Part shown: piece after piece, positions 61,440 through 64,000 of the stretch
Position numbering within the stretch: the stretch's first letter is position 1
How the letters are laid out: each line of letters opens with the position of its first letter
From: Malacoraja senta
Taxonomy: Eukaryota
DNA length: 64,000 bases
Reading direction: 5' to 3'
Assembly (NCBI GenBank): GCA_038087875.1
Contig: JAXLNO010004175.1
Span: 1-64,000 of the forward strand
The notes under the pieces: model-generated
Databases searched by the model: none
What the model was told of the DNA's origin: nothing
What the model saw: only the letters and a program-made list of their open reading frames with translations
Translations under genes and position numbers: made by a program

Positions 61440-63770
61440 TTAGACCAGTTAGTCTAACATCGGTAGTGGGGAAACTGCTAAAGTCAGTTATTAAAGATGG
61501 GATAGCAGCACATTTGGAAAGTGGTGAAATCATTGGACAAAGTCAGCATGGATTTACGAAAGGTAAATCATGTCTGACGAATCTTATAGAATTTTTCGAG
61601 GACGTAACTAGTAGAGTGGATAGGGGAGAACCAGTGGATGTGTTGTATCTGGACTTTCAGAAGGCTTTCGACAAGGTCCCACATAAGAGATTAGTATACA
61701 AACTTAAAGCACACGGTATTGGGGGTTCAGTATTGATGTGGATAGAGAACTGGCTGGCAAACAGGAAGCAAAGAGTAGGAGTAAACGGGTCCTTTTCACA
61801 ATGGCAGGCAGTGACTAGTGGGGTACCGCAAGGCTCAGTGCTGGGACCCCAGCTATTTACAATTTATATTAATGAACTGGATGAGGGAATTGAAGGCAAC
61901 ATCTCCAAGTTTGCAGATGACAATAAGCTGGGGGGCAGTGTTAGCTGTGAGGAGGATGCTAGGAGACTGCAAGGTGACTTGGATAGGCTGGGTGAGTGGG
62001 CAAATGTTCAGCAGATGCAGTATAATGTGGATAAATGTGAGGTTATCCACTATGGTGGCAAAAACAGGAAAGCAGACTATTATCTAAATGGTGGCCGATT
62101 AGGAAAAGGGGAGATGCAGCGAGACCTGGGTGTCATGGTACACCAGTCATTGAAAGTAGGCATGCAGGTGCAGCAGGCAGTGAAGAAAGCGAATGGTATG
62201 TTAGCTTTCATAGCAAAAGGATTTGAGTATAGGAGCAGGGAGGTTCTACTGAAGTGGCGGCGCTGTCGTACAGCAGCGGCTCGCCTGCAGTCCGTCTGTT
62301 TTTACTTTTTTTGTTGTTTTCTTTTGTCCTGTTTCAGTTAAATTTTATTTTATTGGGTTGTGTATGTGTGGGGTGGGGGGGTGAAACATGACTTTTGTCT
62401 CTTCGGGGGAATGCGACTTTTTCTTGTCGTATCCCCCTTCTCTGCCTCCGTCTGCGCTGAGGCCAAAATGGCGGTGCTGCCGGCCTCCAACTCCAACTGC
62501 GAGCGACCGACCGACCTCGAGGCTCCGGAGGCAGAGCCAGGACTTACCAGCGCGAGGCTGGCCAACTTCGGGGCTGCGGTGGCGTTCCGGCGGTGGCGAC
62601 CGAGGACACTGGTGGTGACCTGAATCCGGAGGCTCGGCCGCAGCTGGCCCAGTGGACGACATCTTCGGGAGCGCGAGGCTGGCCAACTTCGGGGCTGCGG
62701 TGGCGTTCCGGCGGTGGTGACCTGAGTCCGGAGGCTCGGCCGCGGGCCCAGTGGACGACATCGTCGTGAGCGCGCAGGTCACAGGTTGGTGACCTGTTTT
62801 TCTGGGGCTCCCGCAACTACAGCTGCGTCCGCTGGACTGGAGGGCGGCAGCTTCGGCCACCCCGGGCCGCGGAGTTTGTACCGGCCCGTCGCGGACAGAG
62901 CACGGATTCGGCCGCTGGACTGGCTTACTGTCGCCCGGCGGGGCCACAGCATCAGAAGCCTGGATCGCCTCAGCGCAGAGGGAGAAGAAAGCGGGAAGAG
63001 ACAGAGACTTTAAGACTTTTGCCTCCATCACAGTGAGGAGGTGCCTGGTGAACTCACTGTGGTGGATGTTAATTTGTGTTTATTGTGTGTTTTGTCATTT
63101 ATTATTATATGTATGACTGCAGGCAACGAAATTTCGTTCAGACCAAAAGGTCTGAATGACAAATAAAGGAATCTCTCTAATCTCTTGTACAGGGTCTTGG
63201 TGAGACCACACCTGGAGTATTGCGTACAGTTTTGGTCTCCAAATCTGAGGAATGACATTATAGCCATAGAGGGAGTGCAGAGAAGGCTCACCAGACTGAT
63301 TCCTGGTATGTCAGGACTTTCATATGAAGAAAGACTGGATAGACTTGGCTTATACTCGCTAGAGTTTAGGAGATTGAGAGGGGATCTTATAGAAACGTAC
63401 AAAATTCTTGTGGGGTTGGACAGGCTAGATGCAGGAAGATTGTTCCCGATGTTGGGGAAGTCCAGGACAAGGGGTCACAGCATAAGGATAAGGGGGAAAT
63501 CCTTTAAGACCGAGATGAGAAAAAACTTTTTCACACAGAGAGTGGTGAATCTCTGGAACTCTGCCACAGAGGGTAGTTGAGGCCAGTTCATTGGCTATAT
63601 TTAAGAGGGAGTTAGATGTGGCCCTTGTGGCTAAAGGGATCAGGGGGTATGGAGAGAAGGCAGGTACGGGATACTGAGTTGGATGATCAGCCATGATCAT
63701 ATTGAATGGCGGTGCAGGCTCAAAGGGCCGAATGGCCTACTCGTGCACCTATTTTCTATGTATCTATGTA
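61440..63770 (+). mobile_element. CR1 family A (61440-62251 and 63185-63770) split by an insertion
   Basis: ORF 61277-62341 RT ends at EVLL and resumes at LYRVLVRPHL (63185). Confidence 0.92.
62252..63184 (+). mobile_element. GC-rich non-coding retroelement with a Rex1/Babar-like 3' tail
   Basis: Internal tandem repeats; 3' end AACGAAATTTCGTT plus a TTCAGACC-AAAA-GGTCTGAA hairpin, TGACAAATAAA and a short microsatellite; interrupts the CR1 cleanly. Confidence 0.65.
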
Positions 63771-64000
63771 AGAGACTCTGAGAGGTTTAACATGTTAGAC
63801 CTATTTAAACCAGAGGAGGATACATTTTAGAACATTTGGGGATTGTAATTGAAGGGAATGGGGCAAAGAGGAGGAGTTCAGTCCTGGGCTAGATCAGCCA
63901 TGACCACATTGTGACCAAAAAGGAAGAAAGATTCTAAGGGGAGTAGGAGGCAACCGTGGCTGACAAGAGAAGTTAGGGATAGAATAAAACTAAAAGAAAA

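Overview
Vertebrate genomic DNA, almost certainly a cartilaginous fish (skate/ray-like, inferred from HE1-type V-SINEs, the CR1 families and the TRIM exon sequences); no prokaryotic features. Host genes, all on the + strand: (1) a tapasin (TAPBP) gene at 1-8973, with the 3' end of exon 2 and exons 3-8 recoverable by hand from splice sites and homology, but carrying four single-base frameshifts; (2) a 5'-truncated TRIM/B30.2 gene whose exon 4-5 cassette occurs three times (about 26.3, 39.3 and 46.5 kb) ahead of a frameshifted PRY-SPRY exon at 54571; (3) exons 1-3 (RING, B-box, coiled coil) of an apparently intact TRIM gene at 59811-61129. Most of the rest is transposable-element sequence: two CR1 families, Penelope-like elements whose pseudo-LTRs carry hammerhead-ribozyme cores, a complete but decayed DIRS1-type tyrosine-recombinase retrotransposon (ITRs and ICR, with filled and empty sites both in the window), an LTR with a tRNA-Trp primer-binding site and a nested MITE, and Rex1/Babar, L1, Crack/L2-like and SINE fragments. 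Bases 25161-52528 are three tandem copies of a ~7.1-7.2 kb unit whose two-step history can be read from shared mutations. I found no clearly new biological system. The strongest leads are the residue pattern of this tapasin, the TRIM exon triplication, the DIRS filled/empty site pair and the hammerhead motifs. All alignments were done by eye, and TE boundaries are approximate unless a junction is quoted.
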